From a virus (Duplodnaviria; Caudoviricetes), in IMG/VR virus record IMGVR_UViG_3300033067_001299, positions 7,769 through 71,768 of that record: 64,000 nt of DNA. One strand, given 5' to 3'. The position numbers were made by a program, and so were the translations under genes. Every line of letters starts with the position of its first letter. Within the stretch, counting starts at the first letter, position 1. The notes under the pieces are model-generated. The model made no database searches, was not told the DNA's origin, and saw nothing but the letters and a program-made list of their open reading frames with translations. Shown in pieces: positions 18,202 to 26,724 of this stretch.

Positions 18202-19140
18202 TCAGGAGATGACCTCTAGGAAGAACGGGTAGGTCTCGCCGTCGGGAACCTTCAAGGTGCCGGACAGGGTGAACTCCAGGAACTCGCCGTCGGCCGAGAT
18301 CAGGCTGAAATCGCCTTCAGGAGACAGCTCGACAGCGTCTGCGGTCAGCCGGATCAGGTCTCCGTTGTCCAGGTTCTCGCCGACGAACAGCATCTTGCAG
18401 TTCAGCGAGGACTGCGCGCGAGCGCTGATGGTGTAGCCCGAGTAGGAGGCGTAGGTGTAATCGACGTTCAGCGCGCGACCAACTTCGACTGAGGTCGCGC
18501 CGCTTCGGATCTCGATCAGACCGTTGTCGGCGTCCACGTCGTAGTCTGTGGTGGACGACTTGGTGATCAGGCCCATGTTGGTCCACGTCACGGTGCCGTC
18601 GGTGGTGGTGCCGCCGATGGTGGTGCCCCACGTCGGCTGAGAGCCAGAGGTGGTTCCCGCCGTGGTGCATTTGTAGTAGTACGTGTTCGCGACCGTCGGC
18701 TTGATGTACGCGTTCAGAGAGGTGACGGTGGACCCGACCCAGGTTCCAGTGTCGTCGGCATCCTTCGACGTGATCGAGACCGCCGAGACGTGCCGCTTGG
18801 TCAGCGGCAGGAAGCTTCCGAGCGACAGAGGGATGATCTCCTCGTTGGTCGCCGTGCTGCCGGTGACGGACACGCCGGTGTCGGTGCCGAGCAGCATCGC
18901 CGTCAGGTTCTTGCGGTTCGGCACGTTCAGCGCGATGGAGATGGTGTCGTCGCCAGGCGTTGTGGCCGATCCGATCACCGCGCCGTAGTTCGCCGGAGCC
19001 GTCGATTTTAGGGTTGTCGTGTCGGCACCAGAGCTGCCGATGGTGAACGAGGCGATGTTCGCCATGTCCAGGTAGCCGCCATACGAGCCACCGCTGAGAG
19101 TAGAGAGATAAACCTTTCCTGCACCGCGCAAACCGGCCAT
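18202..19140 (-). CDS. major tail tube protein
   Basis: GAGKVYL...GNxxxF-like start and ELSPEGDFSLIS...EFTLSGT end typical of tube proteins; synteny. Confidence 0.75.
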   Translation of the reverse strand: MAGLRGAGKVYLSTLSGGSYGGYLDMANIASFTIGSSGADTTTLKSTAPANYGAVIGSATTPGDDTISIALNVPNRKNLTAMLLGTDTGVSVTGSTATNEEIIPLSLGSFLPLTKRHVSAVSITSKDADDTGTWVGSTVTSLNAYIKPTVANTYYYKCTTAGTTSGSQPTWGTTIGGTTTDGTVTWTNMGLITKSSTTDYDVDADNGLIEIRSGATSVEVGRALNVDYTYASYSGYTISARAQSSLNCKMLFVGENLDNGDLIRLTADAVELSPEGDFSLISADGEFLEFTLSGTLKVPDGETYPFFLEVIS

Positions 19141-19146
19141 AAGCGA

Positions 19147-19584
19147 TTACTCCGAATTGAAGACGAATTGAATCCCGAGCTTGATGCGACCGGCGATAGC
19201 GCCGCCCGCGATGGCCTCTGGTTCAAGTATTTCGATGAGACTGATGGGTCCGCCGACGCCGATCACGTCTCGCATCAAGATATTCAGCACTCTCGCCTGC
19301 CACGTGCCGAGTTCGGCGAGCAGCGGAGAAGTCACGCGCTGGTCGCTCGAATCGCGAAGGATCACGGCGACCGTCCACTCCTGGACCATGCTCCAGCTCT
19401 GGATCACCCGGCCCTGGCCGATGGTCTGCTTGACCGACGTTTCTCCGGCCACAAGGCTCACCTGCGGGCTGCCCTGGATGTTGACCGACGCGAGGCTCGC
19501 GAACGCCTCCACCGGCGTCGCCAGATCGAGCGTTTCGAGCGCCAGCACCAACTTGTCGAGGTACGGGTAAAGCGTGTCGCTCAC
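19147..19584 (-). CDS. tail terminator-like protein
   Basis: 145 aa upstream of the tail tube gene; synteny. Confidence 0.55.
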   Translation of the reverse strand: MSDTLYPYLDKLVLALETLDLATPVEAFASLASVNIQGSPQVSLVAGETSVKQTIGQGRVIQSWSMVQEWTVAVILRDSSDQRVTSPLLAELGTWQARVLNILMRDVIGVGGPISLIEILEPEAIAGGAIAGRIKLGIQFVFNSE

Positions 19585-19982
19585 CAGACGAGCCTCGTGA
19601 ACACGGCGGCCGGAGTCGAGTGGGCGAGCGGCTGCTGCACGATCTCGTCCGATGGCGGCAGCACGTCGATCAGCCCTCGCGAGACGTCGCGAAGCCAGTC
19701 GATGGCCTGCTCGTACCGAGACACCACCAGATCGGTCGGCTGGTCCTGGTAGTAGCGATACCGAGCGATGTCGCAGGCGATTCCGACGATGTTGCGCGGA
19801 GCGCTCGACAGCGGCAGATCGTACCGTCCGCGAAGATAGCCGTCGATCATGTCGTCGGCGAACGAGAGACCGTCTTCGATCACGCCGTAGTCGGCGACAC
19901 CGTCGCGGTCTCTGTCCGTCACCGTCTCGATTTCCCGCTCGCCGAAGTTGGCGAGCAGGTCATCGTAGGTCGCGTAGCTCAT
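19581..19982 (-). CDS. head-tail adaptor, Mu gp36/DUF1320-like
   Basis: MSYATYDDL...ADDMIDGYLRGRYDLPL...IACDIARYRYY...YEQAIDWL. Confidence 0.85.
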   Translation of the reverse strand: MSYATYDDLLANFGEREIETVTDRDRDGVADYGVIEDGLSFADDMIDGYLRGRYDLPLSSAPRNIVGIACDIARYRYYQDQPTDLVVSRYEQAIDWLRDVSRGLIDVLPPSDEIVQQPLAHSTPAAVFTRLVW

Positions 19983-20932
19983 CAGTCGGTCGTGATAGAG
20001 ATCACGGCGGTCGGTCGAGTGCAGACCATCACGCAGTTGGTCTGGATTTCCAGATACCAGCGGCGGTTGTCGGAACTCGGGATGGCTTGCGGCCAGTACG
20101 GGGTTCCCAGAGCGCCAGCACCGACGGTGTCCAGCGTGTCTGCCGGAGCGAACGCCTGAATCCACATCTGAGGGACGCCGACCGGGAACGCCCGGATGGT
20201 GCCGGACGTCAGGTTGACGGTGCCGGTGCCTCGATAGCGCTCGAAGGTCACGCCGCCGAAGTTCACCATCTCGCGCGGGTCGCCGCGCAAGTTGTTGGCG
20301 TTCTGCCAGTTCAGCCAGGTGGCCTTGATCGCGGCGTTCTCGATCAGCTTCGCCCAGATGGCGTCCTCGCACAGCGCCCAGATGCCGGAGTACGGCACGC
20401 CGTCGAGAGCGGCCTCGATGGGCTTGACGATCTTGGTGAAGATCTCGCCGCGAGTCTTGGTCGCGTCGGTGTTGAACGCGATCTGCTGCGATGCGGGCAT
20501 GGTGCCGAAGGCGTTGGTCGGCGTGACCACCTGCGTCATGCGCAGCGACTCGTGGGTCAGATCGATGTCGCGACGCATCCGAGCCATCAGCATGTCGCGG
20601 CGCTGCTGGATGATCTCGGCACCGCCGTTGGCCCCGTAGGCGCGGGCGTTCAAGACCTCGTCGGCGTATACGTTGCCGTCGGCGCGATAGTGCGAGGTGT
20701 TGAAGGTGAACACGTTGCGCCGCTCCAGCGTCTCGACCTTCGACGGGGTGCCGCGCGGGACGCCGGCCAGGATCGACGCGCCGTTGGTCGGCTGGTCTTC
20801 GAGGGCCAGAGTGGTGCTGGTCAGCGGCATCGACTCGAAGTACTCGGAGAGGCGACCAGGGACGTAGGGAGCCTTGGCGATACTCGCCATCAGTTGCTCG
20901 CGGGTGAAGTAATCGCGATAGATGTCTAACAT
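19982..20932 (-). CDS. major capsid protein (lambda E-like)
   Basis: 316 aa; follows the decoration gene; VNFGGVTFERYRG...FAPAD...QTNCVMVCTRP matches the phage cap E family. Confidence 0.85.
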   Translation of the reverse strand: MLDIYRDYFTREQLMASIAKAPYVPGRLSEYFESMPLTSTTLALEDQPTNGASILAGVPRGTPSKVETLERRNVFTFNTSHYRADGNVYADEVLNARAYGANGGAEIIQQRRDMLMARMRRDIDLTHESLRMTQVVTPTNAFGTMPASQQIAFNTDATKTRGEIFTKIVKPIEAALDGVPYSGIWALCEDAIWAKLIENAAIKATWLNWQNANNLRGDPREMVNFGGVTFERYRGTGTVNLTSGTIRAFPVGVPQMWIQAFAPADTLDTVGAGALGTPYWPQAIPSSDNRRWYLEIQTNCVMVCTRPTAVISITTD

Positions 20933-20935
20933 GAC

Positions 20936-21847
20936 TTAACTCCGCACCAGAATCATGGAATTGGCTGCCAACTGTTTCGCGGCGGCGATCTTCTGCGCGG
21001 CAGAGACGTTCGCTTTCCAGGTCAGAGCATCGAGCTTCACTTCGGCCAAACGGGCGACGGCGGTCGCGGTGACGGCCGTGGAAGCGGCGGCTGCGGGCTG
21101 CACCAGCACGGCCACCGGCTCCTGAGTGCCGTCGACGGCGGTCGGGTCGTAGGCGTAATACCGGCCGGTCACGCTCGCCTGGTTCGCGACGACGATGTTG
21201 AAGTAGTCGCCGAGGGTCATGGTGCCGCCGTTCGCCAGCGTGAAGTTGACGTGGTCTGACGCGAACGCGGTGGCGACGTTGCCGGTGCCGACCAGACCGC
21301 TCGGACCCTGCACCTCGAACAGCGCTGTGGCAGAAGTAGCGGTCAGCTTGACGCGATAGGTGCCCAGCTTGGCGTACTTGCCGAGCGAGACGGCTGACAC
21401 GACGCCGGTGCCGGTGCCGACCAGGACCGGAGTGCCGGCCGCAGAAACCACCACGGTGTAAGAGTCGCCCAGCGTCATGGTGCCGCCGTTCGAGATCAGG
21501 AAGCTCAGGTGCGTCGACTTGTAGGCGGTGCCCACAGCGCCAGCAGGCAGTGCGGTGCCGTCAGGAGCCACAACCGAGAACGCGGCGGTCGCCGACGTGG
21601 CGGTCAGCGTGATCACGTAGCTTCCGACCTGAGCGTCCGGCCCGAAGGTCAGCAGGGTCATCAGGCCGGTGCCGGTGCCGACGATGGTCGGGATCGGCGC
21701 GGCGGCCTGCACGAACTTCTTAAGGCCGACTACGGCCCCCGAGACGAGATCGGCCCCGGAGCCGACGGTCACGTCCTCGTAGCTGATGTTGCCGCTGTCG
21801 CTCAGGACAGCCTCGTAACTGCGAATCGGCTCCGCGTAAGACGCCAT
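20936..21847 (-). CDS. head decoration protein (lambda D-like) with inserted tandem domains
   Basis: N-terminal EDVTVGSGADLVSGAVVG and C-terminal YDPTAVDGTQEPVAVL...RLAEV; ~170-aa internal duplication. Confidence 0.8.
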   Translation of the reverse strand: MASYAEPIRSYEAVLSDSGNISYEDVTVGSGADLVSGAVVGLKKFVQAAAPIPTIVGTGTGLMTLLTFGPDAQVGSYVITLTATSATAAFSVVAPDGTALPAGAVGTAYKSTHLSFLISNGGTMTLGDSYTVVVSAAGTPVLVGTGTGVVSAVSLGKYAKLGTYRVKLTATSATALFEVQGPSGLVGTGNVATAFASDHVNFTLANGGTMTLGDYFNIVVANQASVTGRYYAYDPTAVDGTQEPVAVLVQPAAAASTAVTATAVARLAEVKLDALTWKANVSAAQKIAAAKQLAANSMILVRS

Positions 21848-21848
21848 A

Positions 21849-23180
21849 TCACTTCACTCCCGCTACTTGCTTGAACAGTTGCGCGCCGAGATCGATCACG
21901 TTCGAGTCTCGCGACGCGCCGGAGACTGCGGTCTCGACGAACAGTTTCGGATCGACGACAGGAGCGGACATCGCTCTGAGGTCGGCGCTGATGGCCGCGA
22001 ACGACTCGTCGCTCATCGCCAGATAGGGCATGGCGCGCTCGGCGCTCAGCTCTTGGTGCAAATCGGAGAACAGCTTCTCTACGGCGCTCTGGCGAGCGGC
22101 TTCGCGCTGCGCCTGAATCTGGGCTTCTGCGGCCTTCGCGCGGTCGGACTCGACGGACAACTGCTGGCGGACGGCCTCCAGTTGCGCGGCGAGATCGGCG
22201 ACCATCGACTCGGACGCGATCAGCTTCGACTTGAGATCGACGTTCGACGCCTCCAGCGCGATCCACTTCTCGCGATCTTCGGACATATTTAAAACCTCTG
22301 AGTGTGATACGAAACGATTGGACTCGCGTAGAGCCAACAGGCGTTCAAACAGCGCATCCGGTGAATCGACATGATCGATCAGCCCGATTTCGAGCGCTCG
22401 ATCCGCCACGAACACGGCGGCTTCTGTCTCTCTGATGGCGCGCTGATTCAGGCCGACACCACCGCGATGACGCGCCACCGCATCGACGAACAGGCCGTAG
22501 TAGTAATCGACGCTCGCCTGCATGTCGCGCTTGACCTCTGCTGTCAGCGGCTCATACGGATTTCCGTCGACCTTGCGCGCTCCGGCGTGGATGTGCGTGA
22601 CCTTGACTCCTTCGTTGGCGAGCGCTTTCGAGTAGTCGGCGTGACGCATCACGACGCCAATCGAGCCGGTGATGGACGTGTTCGTCGCCGTGATCGAAGT
22701 CGCCGCGCTGGCCAGCAGGTATCCAGCGCTCGCCGCCATGTCCGTCACCATCGCGTGAATCGGCTTGATCGAGCGTCCGCGATAGATCTCGTCGGCCAAC
22801 TGGAACGCGCCGGACACCTCTCCTCCTGGAGAGTCGAACTCCATCACGATGTCTTTGACGTTCGGGTCTTCGAGAGCGGCTCTCAGCTCCGACGAAATCG
22901 ACTCGTATCCGCGAAAGTACGTCGAAGGAGAAGAGAACGACGAGCGATGGGTCAGCGCACCGTGAACCGATATGATCCCGATGCCGTTTTCGAGACGGTA
23001 CGGGCCAGACTCGGCGTAAGGAAAGCCAGCGACATACGCTTCAGGATCGACATCGACGCCGAGACGCGGCCCGATACCGTGGATGATCGCGTCCAGCTTC
23101 GCCGGATGCACCATAAGCGGCACGTTGAAGAGCCGAGATGCGATGTGGGTATAGCTGCGTTTGGCGGTATTCGCGTTCAT
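21849..23180 (-). CDS. S49 prohead protease with C-terminal scaffold-like coiled coil
   Basis: DSPGGEV, AASAGYLLASA, TGSIGV and GxRKVDGNPYEPL motifs. Confidence 0.9.
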   Translation of the reverse strand: MNANTAKRSYTHIASRLFNVPLMVHPAKLDAIIHGIGPRLGVDVDPEAYVAGFPYAESGPYRLENGIGIISVHGALTHRSSFSSPSTYFRGYESISSELRAALEDPNVKDIVMEFDSPGGEVSGAFQLADEIYRGRSIKPIHAMVTDMAASAGYLLASAATSITATNTSITGSIGVVMRHADYSKALANEGVKVTHIHAGARKVDGNPYEPLTAEVKRDMQASVDYYYGLFVDAVARHRGGVGLNQRAIRETEAAVFVADRALEIGLIDHVDSPDALFERLLALRESNRFVSHSEVLNMSEDREKWIALEASNVDLKSKLIASESMVADLAAQLEAVRQQLSVESDRAKAAEAQIQAQREAARQSAVEKLFSDLHQELSAERAMPYLAMSDESFAAISADLRAMSAPVVDPKLFVETAVSGASRDSNVIDLGAQLFKQVAGVK

Positions 23181-23272
23181 GACCGAAGTTTAATCGGTCA
23201 CAAACTGAATTTGTCAAGCGAGGATGTGACAGGTGGGAATTGGAGAATACAAGAAACAGGACACTTCTTTTA

Positions 23273-23617
23273 TCAATCGTACTCTTCGAGACGATCCGCC
23301 ATCAGCGTGAGCGACTCGCTGAGCGCTCTCAGAAACGGCACGACTTCTCCTGGAACAGGGACCGACGGCATCTCTCCTGTTTTCACGCGAGTCTCGCCCA
23401 GCGCGTTTCTTCCCTTCGCGGTGATCCTGAACAGGCTCTTGCTTTCCTGCTTTCTCTCGTCCACGAACGCCATCGAGTAATGGCGTTGCAGTATTTTTCG
23501 AGCCGTGCTCCTGTCGATGGACAGATGCTCGGCAACTTCGACAACTGGATGCGTTTTGCCGTCGCTCAAAAAAGAGAGAACGGCTCTCGCGTTGTCTTTT
23601 AACTCGAACGGTTTCAT
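23273..23617 (-). CDS. winged-helix transcription regulator
   Basis: VVEVAEHLSIDRSTARKIL...FRITAKGR, MarR/IclR-like HTH. Confidence 0.65.
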   Translation of the reverse strand: MKPFELKDNARAVLSFLSDGKTHPVVEVAEHLSIDRSTARKILQRHYSMAFVDERKQESKSLFRITAKGRNALGETRVKTGEMPSVPVPGEVVPFLRALSESLTLMADRLEEYD

Positions 23618-23624
23618 TCGTAGA

Positions 23625-24215
23625 TTATCCGCATTTGCTGTGGAGGCAGTCCGTGTTTGTGCAGGTGAGACAGCCATCCATCAGTATCGCCGATTTCTGG
23701 TTGCATTTCGGGCAAAGCATCATCTTGTCTTCCACCGATGAATCCATCTTCTCCTCGATCATCGCCTTCGCCGCCACAGCGAGACTCTCGTCCTTCGCGT
23801 ACAGGCCGAGATCGGTGAAGTGCTGCTCCAGAACCTCTCCGATCTCCGCCACCAGAGACGGCATGAACTTGTTTTTCTTGAAATAACCGCCCACAGGATC
23901 GAAGACGCTGCGCAATTCCTCGATCAGGAACGTGCAGTCGCCACCCTTGCGAAAGATCGCGCTCATAACTCGCGTGAGCACCGTCACCCACTGAAAGTGT
24001 CGCGTGTCCTTCGAGTTGATGAAGATCTCGAACGGCCGACCGTCGTGATCGTTGATGGTGACGTAAATCGCGCTCTCGGCCGACGGCGACTTGATCTTGT
24101 AAGTCTTGCCGGATAGCACTGTCTCTCGCTGCTGCAGCGGTGCCGGAGGTTTGGGTTTCTTGTCTTCTTCGGTCAGCACGGAGCACACGACGATGGGTTG
24201 GTTGATCGTGATCAC
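23625..24215 (-). CDS. nrdJb: class II ribonucleotide reductase C-terminal subunit (NrdJb/TSCPD-like)
   Basis: TYKIKSP...IYVTIND...PFEIFINSK...LTRVMSAIFRKGG...ELRSVFDP; C-terminal CPKC...GCLTC...SKCG. Confidence 0.85.
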   Translation of the reverse strand: MITINQPIVVCSVLTEEDKKPKPPAPLQQRETVLSGKTYKIKSPSAESAIYVTINDHDGRPFEIFINSKDTRHFQWVTVLTRVMSAIFRKGGDCTFLIEELRSVFDPVGGYFKKNKFMPSLVAEIGEVLEQHFTDLGLYAKDESLAVAAKAMIEEKMDSSVEDKMMLCPKCNQKSAILMDGCLTCTNTDCLHSKCG

Positions 24216-24418
24216 TTGTTCAAAAACTCTTGATAGCCAACATCACCACGGTTCATCAGATCGCACAGCAATTTGGCATCTTCAATCGAATAACACTCGA
24301 ACGATTTACCGTTATCACCGACCACCCACCACTTGGTTATTACGGCATCAAACGATCCGGTATCGTTGCCGTACTTGATCTTCCAGTTCACTTTCTCTTT
24401 ATCTGAATTATATATCAT
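24212..24418 (-). CDS. hypothetical protein (low GC)
   Basis: CAGGAG RBS before ATG 24418. Confidence 0.5.
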   Translation of the reverse strand: MIYNSDKEKVNWKIKYGNDTGSFDAVITKWWVVGDNGKSFECYSIEDAKLLCDLMNRGDVGYQEFLNK

Positions 24419-24446
24419 ATTGCTGCTCCTGATTATTGGTGTCGAT

Positions 24447-24755
24447 TCATCGAATAAAAAGAAATTCGTCAGGGTCTCTAAAATCAGAGACATGAATGAA
24501 AGAATAATCTATTTCTAGCACCAATCCTTTGCTCAACAGAAAAGCGACAAACTTGTACTCGTCAAGATCGACTTTAAACCTGTCGCTATAATCGAATCCG
24601 ATCTCGATCAAGAACTCGTCTCTCATGGCAACCGGATCAAAATCTGCCAATACCGAGAATATTCCGATGATGTTCTTGTCGCTGTAGCACGCGCATTCGA
24701 TCAACAGGATGCTTCCGGCTCTTGCGATTCGTCTATCACCGTTGTTTGCTGTCAT
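24447..24755 (-). CDS. hypothetical protein
   Basis: 102-aa ORF. Confidence 0.5.
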   Translation of the reverse strand: MTANNGDRRIARAGSILLIECACYSDKNIIGIFSVLADFDPVAMRDEFLIEIGFDYSDRFKVDLDEYKFVAFLLSKGLVLEIDYSFIHVSDFRDPDEFLFIR

Positions 24756-24790
24756 GATAGCCCATCCGATCTAACATTTCAAAATCACCG

Positions 24791-25060
24791 TTAATCGCTC
24801 AACAAATCCCAAAAATTGTCGTCCAGAACTTTCTGGAATTCCGGTTCTAGCGGCTTCTGGTTTTCAGCTATATTACGGAAGTACGATATCAACTCTATCA
24901 GATCTGCTTCATGCTCTTTAGCTGGCTTTCCGAAGTCGATCCAGTTGTATGACCGTTCAGGCTTTGCGAACAGATCAACAAACTCAACAAAGTTCTCTGT
25001 CGCTTCAGAGCTACCGAGAGCTTCTATTATCTTGTCGCATATATCGAGAGTGTATTCCAT
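24791..25060 (-). CDS. hypothetical protein (low GC)
   Basis: CAGGAG RBS before ATG 25060. Confidence 0.55.
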   Translation of the reverse strand: MEYTLDICDKIIEALGSSEATENFVEFVDLFAKPERSYNWIDFGKPAKEHEADLIELISYFRNIAENQKPLEPEFQKVLDDNFWDLLSD

Positions 25061-25086
25061 CTTGCTGCTCCTGTTTCTTGGTGTAA

Positions 25087-25575
25087 ATCACCCTAGATTC
25101 TGAGGATCGGGGGAAGTCCGGTCAAAGCTCTCCTAAAGCCACACACGATAAGATGTGCAGCTTTAGTGAGAGCAAGCATCACCCTGAGTTCTTCGTCACG
25201 GTGTCGCCAGCCTGATCGCGTTACGCCTCGAAAGGCCCCATGATGGTCACGATCACCCGCTCCGATCCGGTGAGTTTTCCTGCGAGGGCTTTCACCCAAC
25301 GTGCATCCAGAACCTCACAAAACCGTACCACGGTCACTCTTGTCATTTGCGCTTTTCATGGTTCCCCCCGCAGCGCTCTCGAACAGGTTACGGGCGTCAT
25401 ACTTGCGGTTCTCGCCTGTTCCAGTCGGATCGAGCCGGTCTTCCCTCCGTCGCGGGACGGACAAAGAAAAACCCCGGTACTTTGGTGGGCTTGGTCTCGG
25501 CAGACAAGCGAGTGATTACACACACAAAATCATCGCTTACTTCAAGCCCCCGAAATATCGGGGTTTGTGTGTGAA
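25087..25575 (-). ncRNA. candidate structured non-coding RNA or cis element
   Basis: At least six stems in an intergenic gap, with GAAA and UUCG tetraloops on the minus strand; no credible ORF. Confidence 0.5.
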
Positions 25576-25627
25576 ACTTCGCCGGTGCCGACCGACGAAG
25601 CGATACTACAAGACATCGCGCTCGGAG

Positions 25628-25828
25628 TCAACCGATTTGCGCTTTGGACTCGAACACCTGTTCTCCGCAAACAGGGCATGAGACGAATGCCTCGTAATCG
25701 CCCGTATCGCCGTTCCACGCCGCCTTGCTGCGGTCGATGGACAGGTCTTCCGAGCGCGTGTCGGTCGGGAACTTCAGCTTGTTAGCGTCGAGAACGATCC
25801 CGCATCTATCGCAACTGATCAGTTTCAT
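25628..25828 (-). CDS. zinc-ribbon protein
   Basis: CDRC...CPVC. Confidence 0.55.
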   Translation of the reverse strand: MKLISCDRCGIVLDANKLKFPTDTRSEDLSIDRSKAAWNGDTGDYEAFVSCPVCGEQVFESKAQIG

Positions 25829-26229
25829 GTTTTGTTAGACCAGATTTTACGATCAAGCAAAATTTTGTTCGCCACTCTCTTCGGTGAAATACCGCAATCG
25901 ACGGCGATCCTAGCCACCGCTATAAAATCTTTCGAGTCGGTATCTTTCGTGGCGATCCCGCTGAATTCAGCGATCCACCGATCAACCGAGTCGGTCTTGT
26001 TTTCTATCATATCACTAACTCCAAACCTATAAAGCCCAGGATCGCGCTTCAGCACATTCTCCAGAAACACACGCCACGCGATCCAGATCGGTAACGCCAC
26101 GAAGAACAGCAGCGAGAAGATTGAGGCCGCGATGCCGATGATCGGAGACAGCGCCAGCAGGGCCAGGATCGTCATGATGTCTCGCCACATCACAGCAGCG
26201 ACCACCAGAGCACCGACACGATGACGCAA
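25825..26229 (-). CDS. membrane hypothetical protein
   Basis: N-terminal hydrophobic segments; start uncertain. Confidence 0.45.
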   Translation of the reverse strand: MRHRVGALVVAAVMWRDIMTILALLALSPIIGIAASIFSLLFFVALPIWIAWRVFLENVLKRDPGLYRFGVSDMIENKTDSVDRWIAEFSGIATKDTDSKDFIAVARIAVDCGISPKRVANKILLDRKIWSNKT

Positions 26230-26384
26230 ACCAATCCGGCAAAGAAGCCGATTCCCATCACCATATCGCCATCGCTGACCTGTCCGAGCGCTTTTTGTGC
26301 TGGCGTTCTAGGAAAGATATCGAATCTCATCGCGCAAAAACACGGAACAATCAGAATTATTCCTAGAACGAGAAGAAATTTCAT
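26190..26384 (-). CDS. small membrane protein
   Basis: Two hydrophobic segments; GGAG RBS. Confidence 0.5.
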   Translation of the reverse strand: MKFLLVLGIILIVPCFCAMRFDIFPRTPAQKALGQVSDGDMVMGIGFFAGLVCVIVSVLWWSLL

Positions 26385-26413
26385 GCCGTTTAACTCCTAT
26401 GTCTGATTTGTTT

Positions 26414-26442
26414 ATCATACTACAAACCGACAGAAAGATCAA
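26414..26442 (-). promoter_or_regulatory. sigma70-type promoter
   Basis: Minus strand TTGATC, 17 bp, TATGAT. Confidence 0.5.
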
Positions 26443-26697
26443 TCAATCCTCTGCGATGATGCGCCAGATCATTCTCTCCGACATTCCGTACTGTCTGGCC
26501 AGTTTCACCACCGTTTTCTCTCTGCCGTCATAGGCGGATTTGATCTCCGCGTTGCGCCACTTGCGGTCGCTCTTCGGTATTCTGATCAGCTCGGCTCCGA
26601 ACTCTTTCACCAGACTGCGCTCGTAGCGGTCGGCGACGGTGTCGTCGATGCCGAGCGTGCGCTGAGTGAAGTCTATCAGGTCTTCGATACTCGCCAT
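26443..26697 (-). CDS. Mor/C-family transcription activator
   Basis: FGAELIRIPK...RNAEIKSAYDG...LARQYGMSERMIWRII. Confidence 0.85.
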   Translation of the reverse strand: MASIEDLIDFTQRTLGIDDTVADRYERSLVKEFGAELIRIPKSDRKWRNAEIKSAYDGREKTVVKLARQYGMSERMIWRIIAED

Positions 26698-26724
26698 TTA
26701 TCTGCCCTCTTGAGTATCGTGCAA

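Noticed and set aside
19652-20929. Long plus-strand ORFs opposite structural genes (also 6454..7128, 33219..34181, 35711..36766)
   Set aside because: These are antisense shadow ORFs typical of GC-rich coding DNA, with Arg/Ala-rich, motif-less translations.
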